DNA from: Octopus vulgaris
Taxonomy: Eukaryota
Direction of reading: 5' to 3'
Length of the DNA stretch: 64,000 bases
NCBI GenBank assembly: GCA_951406725.2
Contig: OX597816.1
Location: forward strand, 70,432,001 to 70,496,000
Every line of letters starts with the position of its first letter. Position 1 is the stretch's first letter. Made by a program: the position numbers and the translations under genes. Positions 25,737 through 39,387 of this stretch are shown piece by piece. The notes beneath the pieces were generated by a model that was given only the letters and a program-made list of their open reading frames with translations, had not been told where the DNA came from and did no database searches.

Positions 25737-25831
<95 letters not shown>
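25621..25831. repeat. (TAA)n tail/target array
   Basis: Seen directly. Confidence 0.95.
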
Positions 25832-25832
<1 letters not shown>

Positions 25833-26914
25833 CTATTATGTTTTTTTAAGTATGCCTGGTTGGCAGAACCGCTAGAGAGTCGGGGAAAATGGGTAAAAAT
25901 ATTTGTTCTACGTTTACCACTGAGATAAATTTTGCGTTTCAGCCTTTCGTGGTCCATATATAAAATACAAACCCAATACTAGTACAGTTTCTCTTATTCT
26001 AGCTGCCATATTCTAGATGGTCTGTTGAGCCAAGAGTTGTAAAACCAAGAGAGTGAGTTTGCACTTTTTTAATACAAAAAACCATTAACAGAAGCATGGT
26101 GAATACTGACACCATGCCAACATCCCCTGCAAGTGGCGGTCAAAACAATTCATCACCATATATTTATGACAAGACAATACTCTTCATCAGTATATCTACT
26201 AGAAGCAGTTGTTGGTTAGTTCATGTAGATTGTTGTGTGAATGTATATAAAGTGATATTAAAATGGTTGAGGAATGTTTTCTATCAGCATCAGTCAAATT
26301 GATTTCTTTCCGATTAAACAGAAGAAAGCTATATTTTATGAGATAACGTGTGGCCCTCATGTGGTGGGTTAATTCTTCGCTATACTTAGTAGCAAACTCT
26401 CTGTCTTCAAATCTTTAATGGTTCAAAGCAGAAAAGAAACCTGTGTAACAAAGAAAATGTCTTCAATGCATTATAACTTAGTGAATAGAATTAGAGACGG
26501 AAATTGTGCAAAAGCATACTGTACGTACATACATACATACATACATACATACATACATACATACATACATACATACATACATACATACATACATACATAC
26601 ATACATCATATAGTATAAATGCAAAGCATAATATAAAAGATAACAAAAGAGGAACAAACTTTGGCGAATAAGAACGTTAGCTTCAAGGGTTAGGAGCTAG
26701 ATGAGATATTGATTTATAAAGGGGGTTAAGCAGAGAAAAATGATGACTGTGTCGATTCAAGTATAGAAGTGTATCCATGTCTGAAAGCATTAATGAAAAG
26801 AGAATGGTGGATGTGTGTGCGTCGGTGTGGTGTATGTGTGTGTGTCTAAACGTGTACAAGTCAGAAAGTATAGTGGGGTTGGTTTGTGAGTGTGACAGAG
26901 AAGGAGTGCATGAA

Positions 26915-27575
26915 TAATTGTATGGTATGTGGTTGGTCTTCAAATCTCATATATGGCTAGCCAACTTGGTGGATTTATTTTTGTCGATGAGTCCGAATGG
27001 AGGTTTGCATAAAGTTTTTTTTAATTGCCTTCACCTAAACCGATGTATGTTTTCTTTTCGTTTGCTTTATCTTAAAGCACTTCTGTGACTTCATAAAAGA
27101 CTGAGTTTATCACACACATCCGATAAAATGGACATGCTTCAGGGTCTCGACAGTTACAATTAGGTATGGACTCTTGGAGGGACTTGTGAGTAATAATGTC
27201 CTTCCTATTGGGCAGCAGCTGTATGAAACTTTATCGAGAGTCTATTAAAAATCTTCCTATATCTGTGGCTTACAGGGAAATGTCTAATAATGCCTGAAAT
27301 TTCATACCTGTGTTAGTTTTTGTATTTAACGGGAAAGGTGGTGGTCGAACCATATTATTTTCCTTGATCTATTTATAGGTTTCTTATTTTTAATCATAAG
27401 ATATCTTTGAAACGACTGTTAGCTAGGACATTGTTGTAGTAGGGAGATGCCTTATCTGGAATTTCCTTTGCAGAGGAGAGATTAGATATCCTGTTACTGA
27501 TATTGGCTTTCAGGATTTTAAACACTACAGTGGGTGGGAGGACAGGACTGTTCTTGCATCTATATGAGTTTCTTA
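26915..27575 (-). pseudogene. Decayed Penelope-like element: RT thumb, linker and GIY-YIG endonuclease
   Basis: Minus peptides ISNRISNLSSAKEIPDKASPYYNNVL, HFPVSHRYRKIFNR, SYSCCPN, CNCRDPEACPFYRMCVINSVFYEV, KTYIGLGEG, STKLASHI. Confidence 0.8.
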
Positions 27576-27680
27576 CTCAGATTATTAGAGCGCGAGTTTA
27601 AGGCTTGGAGAACATTAAAGAAATCGACTTTGAACAGATTAGTAGTTTCAGTAATTATATAATTTTAAAAATGAGTAAAT

Positions 27681-27717
<37 letters not shown>

Positions 27718-27723
27718 TGTCTG

Positions 27724-28133
27724 TATGTCATTATTCAGTTTATTTCAAGATTTATTGCCAATAGAGAAAGAACCGGTTTCTAACCTACATCCAAGGCTCC
27801 TTCATTAGAATTTCAACATCAACAGGGTATTTTTGTTTATTTGTATGTATGTCTGTCTGTCTATCTGTATGTATGTATGTATGTACATATGTATGTACGT
27901 ATGTATGTATGTATGTATGTATGTATGTATGTATGTATGTATGTATGTATGTATGTATGTATGTGCAGATTTATATGTTTTATGTATGTATGAGAATGTA
28001 TTTTCATACATACAGTTGCATATCTGGACATGCTCATATATACTTAAATGATAAACTTCTGGAAAGTTTCACAAATTTTTACAGTTCCAGTGATGGATCG
28101 GATCTGTAGTCTTCCGATTAGTTTTCTCCTTTT
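27724..28133 (-). mobile_element. 3' fragment of the (CATA)n-associated RLE family
   Basis: Reverse complement matches ~13870-14180 (RRKLIGRLQIRSITGTVKICETFQKFII*, then 3'UTR); (TATG)n at the junctions. Confidence 0.85.
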
Positions 28134-28640
28134 GTATGTATGTATGTATGTATGTATGTATGATTGTATGTATGTACAGTACATATAATACATAGGAAAC
28201 TTGTGAAGTGGTTTCACCATGGGCGATGAGAGACAGAACGACGAATAAGTTAGGAGTACTTTTGGGGAAATAGTACGAGACCAAAGAATTGTGAGTGGCA
28301 GACATAACTGTAATTTCAATGTAAAAAGGTAAAGATTAACGATACTTCTGTTGGCTAGCGTATGGAATGAAGTAAATAGCGCTTTATGATATTGGTGTTC
28401 TTCGTAGTGATGGCGTTGGTAAAAATTGCTGTTTTTATCGTTATTGCCGATCAGGGGTCGTTACTAATCGAGAAAATTTCTTCATCAAAATTGTCCCAGT
28501 CTTCTCACTCGTGTCTTTCTTTATAAGGAACAAAGTAGATATCATAAGAAAGTAATCAAGTAGCGAAATAAAAGAATGCCATTCAATACTTGGAATCACC
28601 GCAGGTCATATCTATCAACCGTTCTATCTATCTATTTATC

Positions 28641-28697
<57 letters not shown>

Positions 28698-29564
28698 GTA
28701 CGTCTGCCTGTCTTTCTTTCTCCCCCTTTCGTTTTCTCTCTCTTCCTTTCTCTAATTCTTTTTTCTCCCCTTCTCCCCTTTCGTTTTTCTCTCACATTCT
28801 TTTTCTAGTTCTCTTTTCTCTCCCCTTCACCGTTTTCTAGCTCTCTCTCTCTCTCTCTTTCTTTTACTCTCGCTCTCGTTGCTCACACGTGATCATCGAC
28901 CATCTTTCTTTTCCTCACGTGATCATCTTTCTTTTTTGAAGTCTGTCCTACAGACCAGACGCATTCTTGTCTGTCTCCTCTTCTGTTTATTCTCTTGTCA
29001 AAGACAATATTCAATTCCGTCAGCTTTCGCTACCTTAATTCGTCTGGCCTAACGGCCTTCCATGTTTATTTTCGTTTGGCTTGTTGTATGCCTCCATTAT
29101 CCTGTTTTTGTTACCAACTTAAACCCTCCGCAAATTCCAAATTTCATTTTGGTTCGCGGGAGCAACTGCCTTTTCGAAGACTCATATTGTCGTTAATTGC
29201 TCGAAATGAGGAGTAGATGGACAGCCGAGAAATGATGAAGAGTCGTTTTTTATGTTGTTTGTTTTCCATTTGTTTCTCTCGTTGTTCGCATACAAAAGTT
29301 TGTCTTCGTATTTCATTTTGTTTACCTTTTGTGACGTCATGTACCCATATATGCATATATATATATATATACATATGTATGTATGTACATATATGTATAT
29401 ATGCATATATATATATATTATTTACATTATATATATATATATATATATATATATACTTGTTTGTACATATATCGCAGTGCGTGTGTGCGTGCGTATATAT
29501 GTGTGTGTATGTGTGTGTGTATGTTTGTGTGTGTGTCTGTGTGTATAGTATGTATGCATGCAGA

Positions 29565-29712
29565 CGTGGTTGTGTTGGAAAGAACATTGCTTCCCAGTCA
29601 CATGGTTCCGAGTTCCGGCCTACTGTTACCTTGGGCAAGTGTCCTCTACTTTAGCCTCGGGCTGACCAAAGCCTCGTGAGTGGATTTGGTAGACGGAAAT
29701 TGAAAGAAACCC

Positions 29713-29803
<91 letters not shown>

Positions 29804-30020
29804 TTTGCTTGTTTGCGCCTGTGTTTGCCCCTCCACCATCGCTTGACAACCGATGTTGGTGTGTTTACTTTTCCGTAACTTAGCTGTTCGGCAAAAGATA
29901 CCGACAGGGTAAGTACTCGGCTTACAAAGAATAAGTCGTGGAGTCTATTTGTTCGACTAAAACTTTTTAAGGTTGTGCTCCAGCATGGTCGCAGTCATGA
30001 AATAAATACAAGAATAAAAG
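29565..30020 (+). mobile_element. tRNA-derived SINE, family 2
   Basis: ccttgggcaagtg..gtgagtggatttggtagacggaa..(TG)n..cagcatggtcgcagtc. Confidence 0.85.
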
Positions 30021-30099
30021 AATGTACATACATACATATACATTGATGGACAGATAAATACAAACATGCATGCGCATACATACACACATATACGTGTAC

Positions 30100-30156
<57 letters not shown>

Positions 30157-30683
30157 TTCCTATCGGTAGAAGAATGCGGAAAATAATGTAGATCTTGTTA
30201 GTAAAAGATAATGGTAGTTATAAAATAATGATATTAAAAATTAGAATGATTCATAGAGTTAGCTATACTTTTAAGAAAAAAGTAGGGGGAGGGAGAATGT
30301 AAGTAGAAAGTAAATCTGAAATACGTATAGCAGGTGGTGTAATTATGTTGTACGATCTTATACAAAGAGACAATATCATCGAGATATCGTGATGCACTGA
30401 ATAGCAGAGTTGCTCACAGAACCAATCAAGATTCGATTTAATATTACATCAAAACACTAAGAAAAATTATCTCCTATGTTACCAAGTGCATTTATATTAA
30501 TACATCATGTGACAAAACTTAACAGGATAGAAGAAAGTATTATACTAATTACAGCAGATCTTTTTATTTTTTTTTTTACATAAGATGTTAAAAATTATAT
30601 TCGAGTTCTATATACCAGGAACAAGATAAATAATGTATATATGCATGTATACGTGCGTGTTTGGGTGAGTGAGTGGGTTTGCG

Positions 30684-30722
<39 letters not shown>

Positions 30723-31249
30723 TGTGCCTCCTCAACAGACTGCTCAATCACTTTATGCACGAAGATACGATACAATTAACGAAACAAATCGCGAGACAGT
30801 ACATCAAAAACTGAGGACATAATCTACTCTCCGTATTCTTTCTAAAAAACTTTTCAAAAAACATATTTTTCATCCTTCTAAGAATTTTCAGCATATCTTT
30901 CATGGATCAATTCTTGTTGAATCGATACCCTGAAAAATCCAGGCCAAACATTGCTTTCTATCTTAATAAGCAAGACCAATCTCGCGACTGAATTCCCGTT
31001 TAATTTATCACCCTGCCGTTTTCATCTTATTCGTGGGCAATTTTATTTAAAAGGACTGCACAACTGCTCTTCAAATATACAGATATAGCATCAAATAAAA
31101 AAAAAAACACAGAAAAGAAACAACAGCTGTCCAGTTTGCAAGGAGACAGGTCTCCCCCAAATCATACGCTACAATCATTAATAAATGATTAAATAGTGAG
31201 CCCCAGTAACAGTACCCAGCTCTGCCCGCGTTTATTGTTATCTAATACA

Positions 31250-31445
31250 AGGCGGTGAGTTAATAGAATCATTAGCTCATCAGACACAATAGATAGTAGC
31301 ATTTATGTTCTAAGTTCAAATTTCGCCGAGGTCGGCTTTGCCTTTCATCCCTCTAGCGTCGATAAAAAAAAGTATCAGTTGAACACTGAGCTCGATGTAA
31401 TCGACTTACACCTCCCCTTAAAATTAATGGTTTTGTGCCAAATTT
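31250..31445 (+). mobile_element. SINE family 1, monomeric degenerate copy
   Basis: agttcaaatttcgccgaggtcggctttgcctttcatcc. Confidence 0.7.
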
Positions 31446-31731
31446 AAAAAGAATTATAACTTTAAATAAATATAACTATATAAATTCACTGGGGTTTTTT
31501 TAATGAATTTGTTTAAAATGATGCTGAAAATCTTCAGTTTTTCCGCGAATGTTGATTCATTCAGATCTATTGCACCCAAGCCATCCTTCACAACCTTGCA
31601 ACTCTAAATTAACTCTAAATTAAAAAGCGAAAGAGACCAAACACACGACCATACATACATACATACATACATACATACATACATACATACATACATACAT
31701 ACATACATACATACATACATACATACATACA

Positions 31732-32120
31732 TTTTGGAAGCACTCCGTCGGTTACGACGACGAGGATTCCGGTTGATCCGAATCAACGGAACAGCCTGCT
31801 CGTGAAATTAACGTGTAAGTGGCTTAGCACTCCACAGACACGTGTACCCTTAACGTAGTTCTCAGGGATATTCAGCGTGACACAGAGAGTGACAAGGCCG
31901 GCCCTTTGAAATACAGGTACAAAAGAAACAGGAAGTAAGAGTGAGAGAAAGTTGTGGTGAAAGAGTACAGCATGGGATCACCACCATCCCCTACCGGAGC
32001 CTCGTGGAGCTTTAGTGTTTTCGCTCAATAAACACTCACAACGCCCGGTCTGGGAATCGAAACAGCGATCCTATGACCGCGAGTCCGCTGCCCTAACCAC
32101 TGGGTCATTGCGCCTCCACT
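31732..32120 (-). mobile_element. tRNA-derived SINE, family 3, inside (CATA)n
   Basis: Minus head gtggaggcgcaatgacccagtggttagggcagcggactcgcggtc..tttcgattccc; (CATA)n on both sides. Confidence 0.85.
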
Positions 32121-32201
32121 CACATACATACATACATACATACATACATACATACATACATACATACATACATACATACATACATACATACATACATACA
32201 T

Positions 32202-32505
32202 AGAAACACAACACGTCTGATATAGGTATTTGGAATAGAAAAGAAAAGTCATGTACAGTCACAAAGGCTCATTCTAAAAAGGGCAAGAAGAAAATTTGAT
32301 GTACAACTGCTTCGAAATCTGCACCTTTTCTCTTCTGATTATAAATTCACAATTGTACCAACAAATATTGGAACACATGGTTGAGTTTAAGTGACAATCG
32401 GGAAAAGTTAGTATTTTAAGACGAAGGGAAAAGATGACTAATACGTATAAATCTGTAAGCGGAACAGCTAAAATATGTAAAACTTTTCTAAGGTTCAACT
32501 TGTAG
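32202..32505 (+). mobile_element. Decayed RLE fragment of the (CATA)n-associated group
   Basis: After (CATA)n: KHNTSDIGIWNRKEKSCTV ... LLRNLHLFSSDYKFTIVP ... SVSGTAKICKTFLRF, homologous to 13589-13958. Confidence 0.75.
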
Positions 32506-33759
32506 AAATTTTAGGATAAAATATATGAACGAAATTCGACAATGTTTTCAAAACTCCAGACCTGAATTTAAAACTTAAATATTATACGAACTACGGATTG
32601 TTCCCATGACCCTTTAAACAGTCTTCTGATGAAATGGAGAAATTTCATGGTTTAATTCTCAAACTGCGACAGTGTAGACTCGTCTAGAATTAATTCTTTT
32701 GTTTTTGTTAAATATTGGCATGTGTCAGAAAAGGGATAGAATTTATTCAAATTTCGACAACAATAAACAAAAAGTTGTAGAGGAAGAATAGGGCTTCAAA
32801 AAACGTATAACACTATGATTAAAATGTATTTTTCATGTTAATTCAAATAACATCGGAAAGCATTAAATTAAATAGAAAATGCGTAAATTCCGCTGACAAG
32901 CCAATATTATGTGGATAGGTATTAACACTGGCGACGGAAAATGTATACCACCCATGGACAGGTACATTCCATCTAATATACTTCCATAGAGTTTCCGTTC
33001 CTTCGGCTTTACTCAAAAGGTTTGGATGGAACCAAGGATGTATTAGAAGACACTGCCTGAGACACCGTGCAGTGTAATCGAAACAATATCCATATGACTG
33101 GTGAAGCGAACACCTTGATTACATAGTCATACCTCCACATATTTTCTGTTTCTGTAGTTTGACAGATAAGATTATTAAAATTCTAAAATTACTTAGCCGG
33201 AATATAAGCCACAGAAGGTTAAGGCAGCCACTTACAATCGCTAGACAAAACCAATTTCATTTAATCACAGATATCGTCTGAAAAGCTAGCAGAATCATTA
33301 TAGTTTAAGACTGATTAAATAGCAATTAATGTATATGGATTATAGATTTCCTATATACTGTATTCCCATGTTCAAATGAGCGTACGGTTTAATTAAAAAT
33401 ATTCAACCAACCTTGATTTGAACAAGGGAGATCATTAATAACGCTTGCATGCAAATCAAGCAAGATGGCAGACTGCGACAAAGTCACATTGATGTACAGA
33501 TTAGAAAGTATATTGACATGTAAGTGAAATAATGATGGGAAATGATAACAAGTGTGAAATGGTGACATGATGTTTAGTAACTGTAATAATATTTTCTTAT
33601 AACATCACAAGGCATGACCAAACGCTTAAGAAATTCACTTTTCAATTACCCATGCCGTAACGGTTTCGGTATGGCGGTACTACACATTGATTCGGAGGAA
33701 ACTTGCTACTAAAATTTGGTAACTAGAAATGGCTCAGAAAACATGTAGAGGTTCTTGGG

Positions 33760-34041
33760 TGTGTGGTAAGTAGATTGCTTACCAACCACATGGTTCCGGC
33801 TTCAGTCCCACTGTGTGGCACCTTGGGCAAGTGTCTTCTACTATAGCCTCGGGCCGACCAAAGCCTTGTGAGTGGATTTGGTAGACGGAAACTGAAAGAA
33901 GTCCGTCATATAATATATGTGGGGGGTGTCTGTGTTTGTCCCCACAACATCGCTTGACAACTGAAATATATTTTATTCTTTTTTTTAGTTTCAGCTCAGA
34001 GCTGCTACCATGCTGAAGCACATATATAATATGTGTGTATA

Positions 34042-34075
<34 letters not shown>

Positions 34076-34284
34076 TGTGTCTGTGTTTGTCCTCCACAAC
34101 ATCGCTTCACAACTGACAGTGGTGTGCTTACGTTCCCGTAACTTAACGGTTCGGCACGAGAGACCGATAGAATAAGTACTAGGCTTACAAAGAATAAGTC
34201 CTGGGGTCGATTTGCTCGAATAAAGGCGGTGCTTCAGCATGGCCGCAGTCAAATCACTGAAACAATAAAAGAGTAAAAAGAGAG
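33760..34284 (+). mobile_element. SINE family 2 with an internal partial duplication
   Basis: Family motifs; cacaacatcgctt.acaactga appears twice. Confidence 0.85.
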
Positions 34285-34334
<50 letters not shown>

Positions 34335-34335
<1 letters not shown>

Positions 34336-34520
34336 TCATACTAAACCGTTTATCCCGACACATTTTTCTCTCTCTCCTTTTTCTCCCCTCACCCTTTCTG
34401 TCGAAGAGCATAGGCTCGAAACGTCAAATACTTTTTCATTATTCGCGAGTGTCAAACTAAACTACCTGTCTGTTGTTCCTTCACCTGTCTTTTTTTCCTA
34501 TTCATCTGTAGCATTAGATA
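34335..34520 (+). mobile_element. Short Penelope pseudo-LTR-like element with a minimal hammerhead-like motif
   Basis: 34395-34428 reads tttCTGTCGAagagc-atag-gctcGAAAcgtcaaa; follows (TA)n; homologous to 56055-56250. Confidence 0.6.
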
Positions 34521-35283
34521 ATAACATATATGGGAAATAGAAGCAATAATACAATTGATAATCGTCCTACACACACTGAAATCATGACAAAATATTTAGT
34601 AGCTCTAGCTATAGTTTTTTTACGTTAACACATTCTTCTACATATTATGATAAACAATTTTTCATACATCTTCTCCGAGGCAACATGTTTTGTTGTGAAA
34701 CTTTATAAGTTGATTGACTCAACACATTTTATACAACTGGTATCTGACGAGCCTACAGACCAATTGTTTAGTTTGCTGGAAACAAGTGCTAAATTTTCTG
34801 AGAAATCACACCTCATTATCATTAAGATGGAAAGAGACATGAGATGAGATAGACCGAGATGTATTATATTAAGCATATTAAATCAAGGATACAATATATA
34901 TCCAATACTTCCAATAGTAATATAAAATTTGAGGGAGATTCAGGTGTTATTTCTAAATTGTCGAAATAATAATTAAATTTCTTTCACATCATACCTTCCA
35001 GCTCAGAAAACACGGTCTGATCACGGGTGGAAGTATTTGGTCATAGCTTTGCTCGATCTAATTAGACCTGGGGCAACAAACATTTTTAATTTGCCCTTTT
35101 ATTTTTTCATTTTTTTATTTTTCCTCCTTGTAAGAAGCGAACACTCGTGCCTTCAGCTTATACGACAGTTTCCTATCACTTGTAGTTGAAACTGTTGCTA
35201 TGCAGCAGTTGTTGTTATTGATAATGATAAATTACGATGATTAAAAAAATAAAGTAGGATAAAAATAAATAAGATCAAAGAAG

Positions 35284-35373
<90 letters not shown>

Positions 35374-35396
35374 CGATTCTATGTATATATGTACAT

Positions 35397-35455
<59 letters not shown>

Positions 35456-35519
35456 TACATACATATATATATCCGTGTGTGTGCGCGCGTATATGTGTGT
35501 GTGAGTGTGTGTGTGTATC

Positions 35520-35569
<50 letters not shown>

Positions 35570-35754
35570 GCTTAGAGAGAGAGAGAGAGAGAGGAAGGCG
35601 TTGAGAGAGAGGGGGTGAGAGAGAGATTCACCCATGAATATAACTGAATTAAGTGTCCGAATGATACATAAGTAAAGAAGTAAATTGGAAATGCTGTCGT
35701 AAGAGTAACAATGGCTGGTAACTTTTTTCGACGTTTGTCTGTAGACCTGCAGCA

Positions 35755-36060
35755 GACAGTTTAGTTCTTGATAGAGCTGAATACAATGGTCTATACACAA
35801 ATAGATCAATTGGTCAGAACTGACCTATTGTACTCAATGATTGATATTAAGATTTATTGGCTGTCATTGTGAAAGGAATAGCAATTTGTAATCGCGTCAA
35901 AATGAATGGCAGTAGTGTAAGAAGTTTCCAGCTTAATACTTGGCGCAACAACATATTTTCCATAATGTTCACTTTCTTTAATGAAGTTGTCTTGAATCAT
36001 GCGTTCATTAATATAGGTCATTGGAATCTATATTCCATTACAAATCCTTTTATCCTTGTT
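35755..36060 (-). pseudogene. Decayed PIF1-like helicase C-terminus (Helitron RepHel type)
   Basis: LPFILTRLQIAIPFTMTANKS*YQSLSTIGQF*PIDLFVYRPLYSALSR matches PIF1 motifs V/VI (AMTINKSQGQSL...GQLYVALSR). Confidence 0.7.
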
Positions 36061-37494
36061 TAAATTTCTTTATAACATTACAGCACATGTCTTTCACAAG
36101 GTCAAACTAGAAGGTCACTCCACCTTTGTTACAGTTGCTTAGAAATTCTATTGTATATTTTTTTACAGACTGTTTTTCATTGCCTGATTTTACTGAAGTG
36201 CATGTTTGCACCAATCAGCTATGCTAATAATTTCCACATTTGTAGAATCAACCACATTAGTAAAGGATGCTTTTACTTGTTCTGTAAAGTTTGTAAAATC
36301 CAATGACCAGCCGAAAGCTTCGTTTATAATTTTACGTTCATTCAATACAAACTTAGTTTCATATGAATGCTTAGTATTGGCATAGGAATTCAATTGACCC
36401 TTTTATTTCATAACGAGAAGCAGAAAATCAGCCCTCCTGATTTTGTAGTCGCATATTTATGGTAAATTTCTTTCTTCTCGGTCTTCCAAAATGGCGAATT
36501 GGTCCAAACTGTATTCACATACAATAGCAACTCTCACAATTTCCTTTCAAAACAGAAATCTTTGTTGAAAATCGCATAGAAACATCATGATATTGTCACT
36601 AAACAATAAATCATTTTTAAAAAAAGATCACGAGATGTGAGATCAACAAATTCATATACAGACCTCGACATTTGTGGTGCTTCATCCGAACAGATAAAAG
36701 CAGTCTCGAATGATTTTTTTTGTTTTTTTTTTTTCTTTTGTCGGTTTGGTCTTAGCGTCAGTACAACAAACAGAATTCCTGTCAATAGGAATCAGAATAT
36801 GGGGAGGTGAATGAGCTGCAGAACCACTTTTGTTTCAACAATGCAGTTAAAACCTAGATTTACCATGATCTAAACACACCTTCAGATGCTCAATAAGCCG
36901 CCAGGACTACCAACAAAAGAAAAGATTTAAACATCTTCTGTTGTTCTGCATGGCACCCACAAAGATATAAAAACGCAGTTGCTTTTATTTAAATTATTCT
37001 TTTTAACTATTCGCTTCATTTCTCTTTAAATTATTGTTGGTAATATATTCAAAAAATGTTTATCATCTAATACAAGATAGCTGAGAAAACAAATGTAGAA
37101 GAGAGATTTCATTTAAAGTCAGGATATTTGCAAACCTGTGATAACATGCCTCCATAAGTTTTTCATGGGCATCGCTAAGGGCTGCAATCGAAGCTCTCCT
37201 ACTATAAATAACGTTTCAAATTTCAAAGAACATTAATATTAGAATGAAGCGTTGTAATTTGAAATACGGAACGGATTTCAAATTTACAGGATTCATTCAT
37301 GCATTATCAGACTTGATAGTGTCCAAGAGGCTTCTTCCTTGTACATTTGACATTGCTATCTCTCCAACATTTTCGGTTAATTAAAATGATTATACTCAAG
37401 ATTTGTGAATCAAACTTACACGCCTGTTATATCTTCCCGGGTCTCATGAATTGAACAACCTATATCCTTCCCACTGATAATACACATTTTCTCT

Positions 37495-37727
37495 TTGTGG
37501 TAAGAAGCCTGCTTCCCAACCGCATGGTTCCGGGTCCAGTCCAACTGCATGGCACCTTGGGCAAGTGTATTTTACTATAGCCTCGGGCCGACCAAAGCCT
37601 TGTGAGGGAATTTGTTATGATGTGTCTCACTGAAAATGAGACACTGCATACTTATGTTAAATTTTGTTTATATTTTTCCAAAAACAATTTCCATTACCTC
37701 TACAACGTTAGGACTTATCTAAACAAG

Positions 37728-37788
<61 letters not shown>

Positions 37789-38003
37789 CATATCTTCGTT
37801 TGTCTCCCATCACCACTTGGCAGCCGGTGTTGGTTTGTTTATGTCTCTGTAACTTAGCGGTTCGGTAAAAGAGGCCGATAGAATAACTACTGGACTTTAA
37901 TAAAATATAAAGTAAGTCCCGGGGTCATTTGTTCTGCTAAATCACTTCAAGGCAGTGCTCCAGTATGGCCGCATTCAAATGAGCAATACAAGTAAAAGAT
38001 AAA
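37495..38003 (+). mobile_element. SINE family 2, interrupted
   Basis: Head at 37495-37615 and tail at ~37795-38003. Confidence 0.75.
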
Positions 38004-38215
38004 AGGTAAGCTGAGAATCTCGAACTGCCATATCTTTGTATTCATATTACAGTATCGGAGATGAGCCTATATTTTATTAACCCTTCAACGAGGATAGGCC
38101 AGTCTACTCCTCCGTGGTTTGAACCTAGAATGTGAATGGATATGACTATTTTTTCTGCCTTTTTACCGATTCTACCGATCCATCCAGATAACGTTTCCGC
38201 TAATATATAACAGGA

Positions 38216-38390
38216 AGGCGGCGAGCTGACGGAATCGTTAGCGCGCTGACAAAGTGCTTTGCGGCTTTTCGGCCGTCTTCCCGTTCTGAGTTCAAATTCT
38301 GCCCCGGTCGACTGTGTCTTTCATCATTACAGAATCGATAAAATACCTACTACCCGAAATTACTGTCCCTGTGCCAAAATTTGAAATCAA
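38216..38390 (+). mobile_element. SINE family 1, monomeric
   Basis: ggcggcgagctgacggaatcgttagc..gttctgagttcaaattc. Confidence 0.75.
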
Positions 38391-38866
38391 CTTATAGTTA
38401 GAACAGGGTGGTTGCTAAACAGAATCTAAAGTGGGGCGTATAACGTTTTTTTTAATCTCGCGTTCAAATCTCAACAACATAAATTTTGCTCTTCATCTTT
38501 TCGGGTGAATAAAATATGAATTAACTATAATTTAGCTGTGTTACTCTTAACCAAGCATTCACAGACGTTCCATCCATGACAATCCCGCTTTGCTTTTGTT
38601 TTTTAATACCCGAGGCTACATTGGCAAATGCATTTCTATTTTGTACGAAACCATGGTTTTATTTGATAGTGATTTTGCTGTTATTTCTTCCAAAATGAAT
38701 GCTAGTGTCTAGGCTTCCTCGGGGGGCTACAATAAGTACCAATCAAATAGCGTGATCGATATAATTGACTGCTTCCTTCCCCGAAAATCAAAATCAATAA
38801 TTTACGAATGGAGTACTACTTCGATTTCTCACAGAATAATAATTGTCTTAATCTTTTATCGCATTA

Positions 38867-38909
<43 letters not shown>

Positions 38910-39333
38910 TACACTTTTTTCGTCCAAAATTACTATTTTCAATACTAGAATCTGTCTATTTAAAGCTATAGCGATAAGGACAAAATAACGGGTTATCGCT
39001 GTCTTTTAGGTCGAGCTGACGTTCTTCCTACGCTGAAAGATCCTCGCTATTTCGCTATTTCCAACATCATTGTCTTATTTACACCTTCATTCTCTTCTCA
39101 AATTAGCTAAATGTCTGCTGTCAACGTCTTCTAAGAATATAATTTTAATTTAGCAGTTTGATGCGTAATTATCTGTTATGCAATCTCTTACAAGTTTTCT
39201 TTCATTCATTCTTTGCATCTTCACATCTCGGCAGCTTTATTTTGCTTCCAATCCATCAAGTCTTTCACTCGTTATGTGTTATACACTGCCTTCTGTCTCC
39301 CCCTAAAATTATTCATTAGTATTTCTCTACCAC

Positions 39334-39338
39334 TTCTC

Positions 39339-39387
<49 letters not shown>

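Noticed and set aside
28860-29346. Non-repetitive-looking segment between microsatellites, possibly a dispersed repeat
   Set aside because: Single copy in this window with no ORF, TIR or ribozyme core that I can support.
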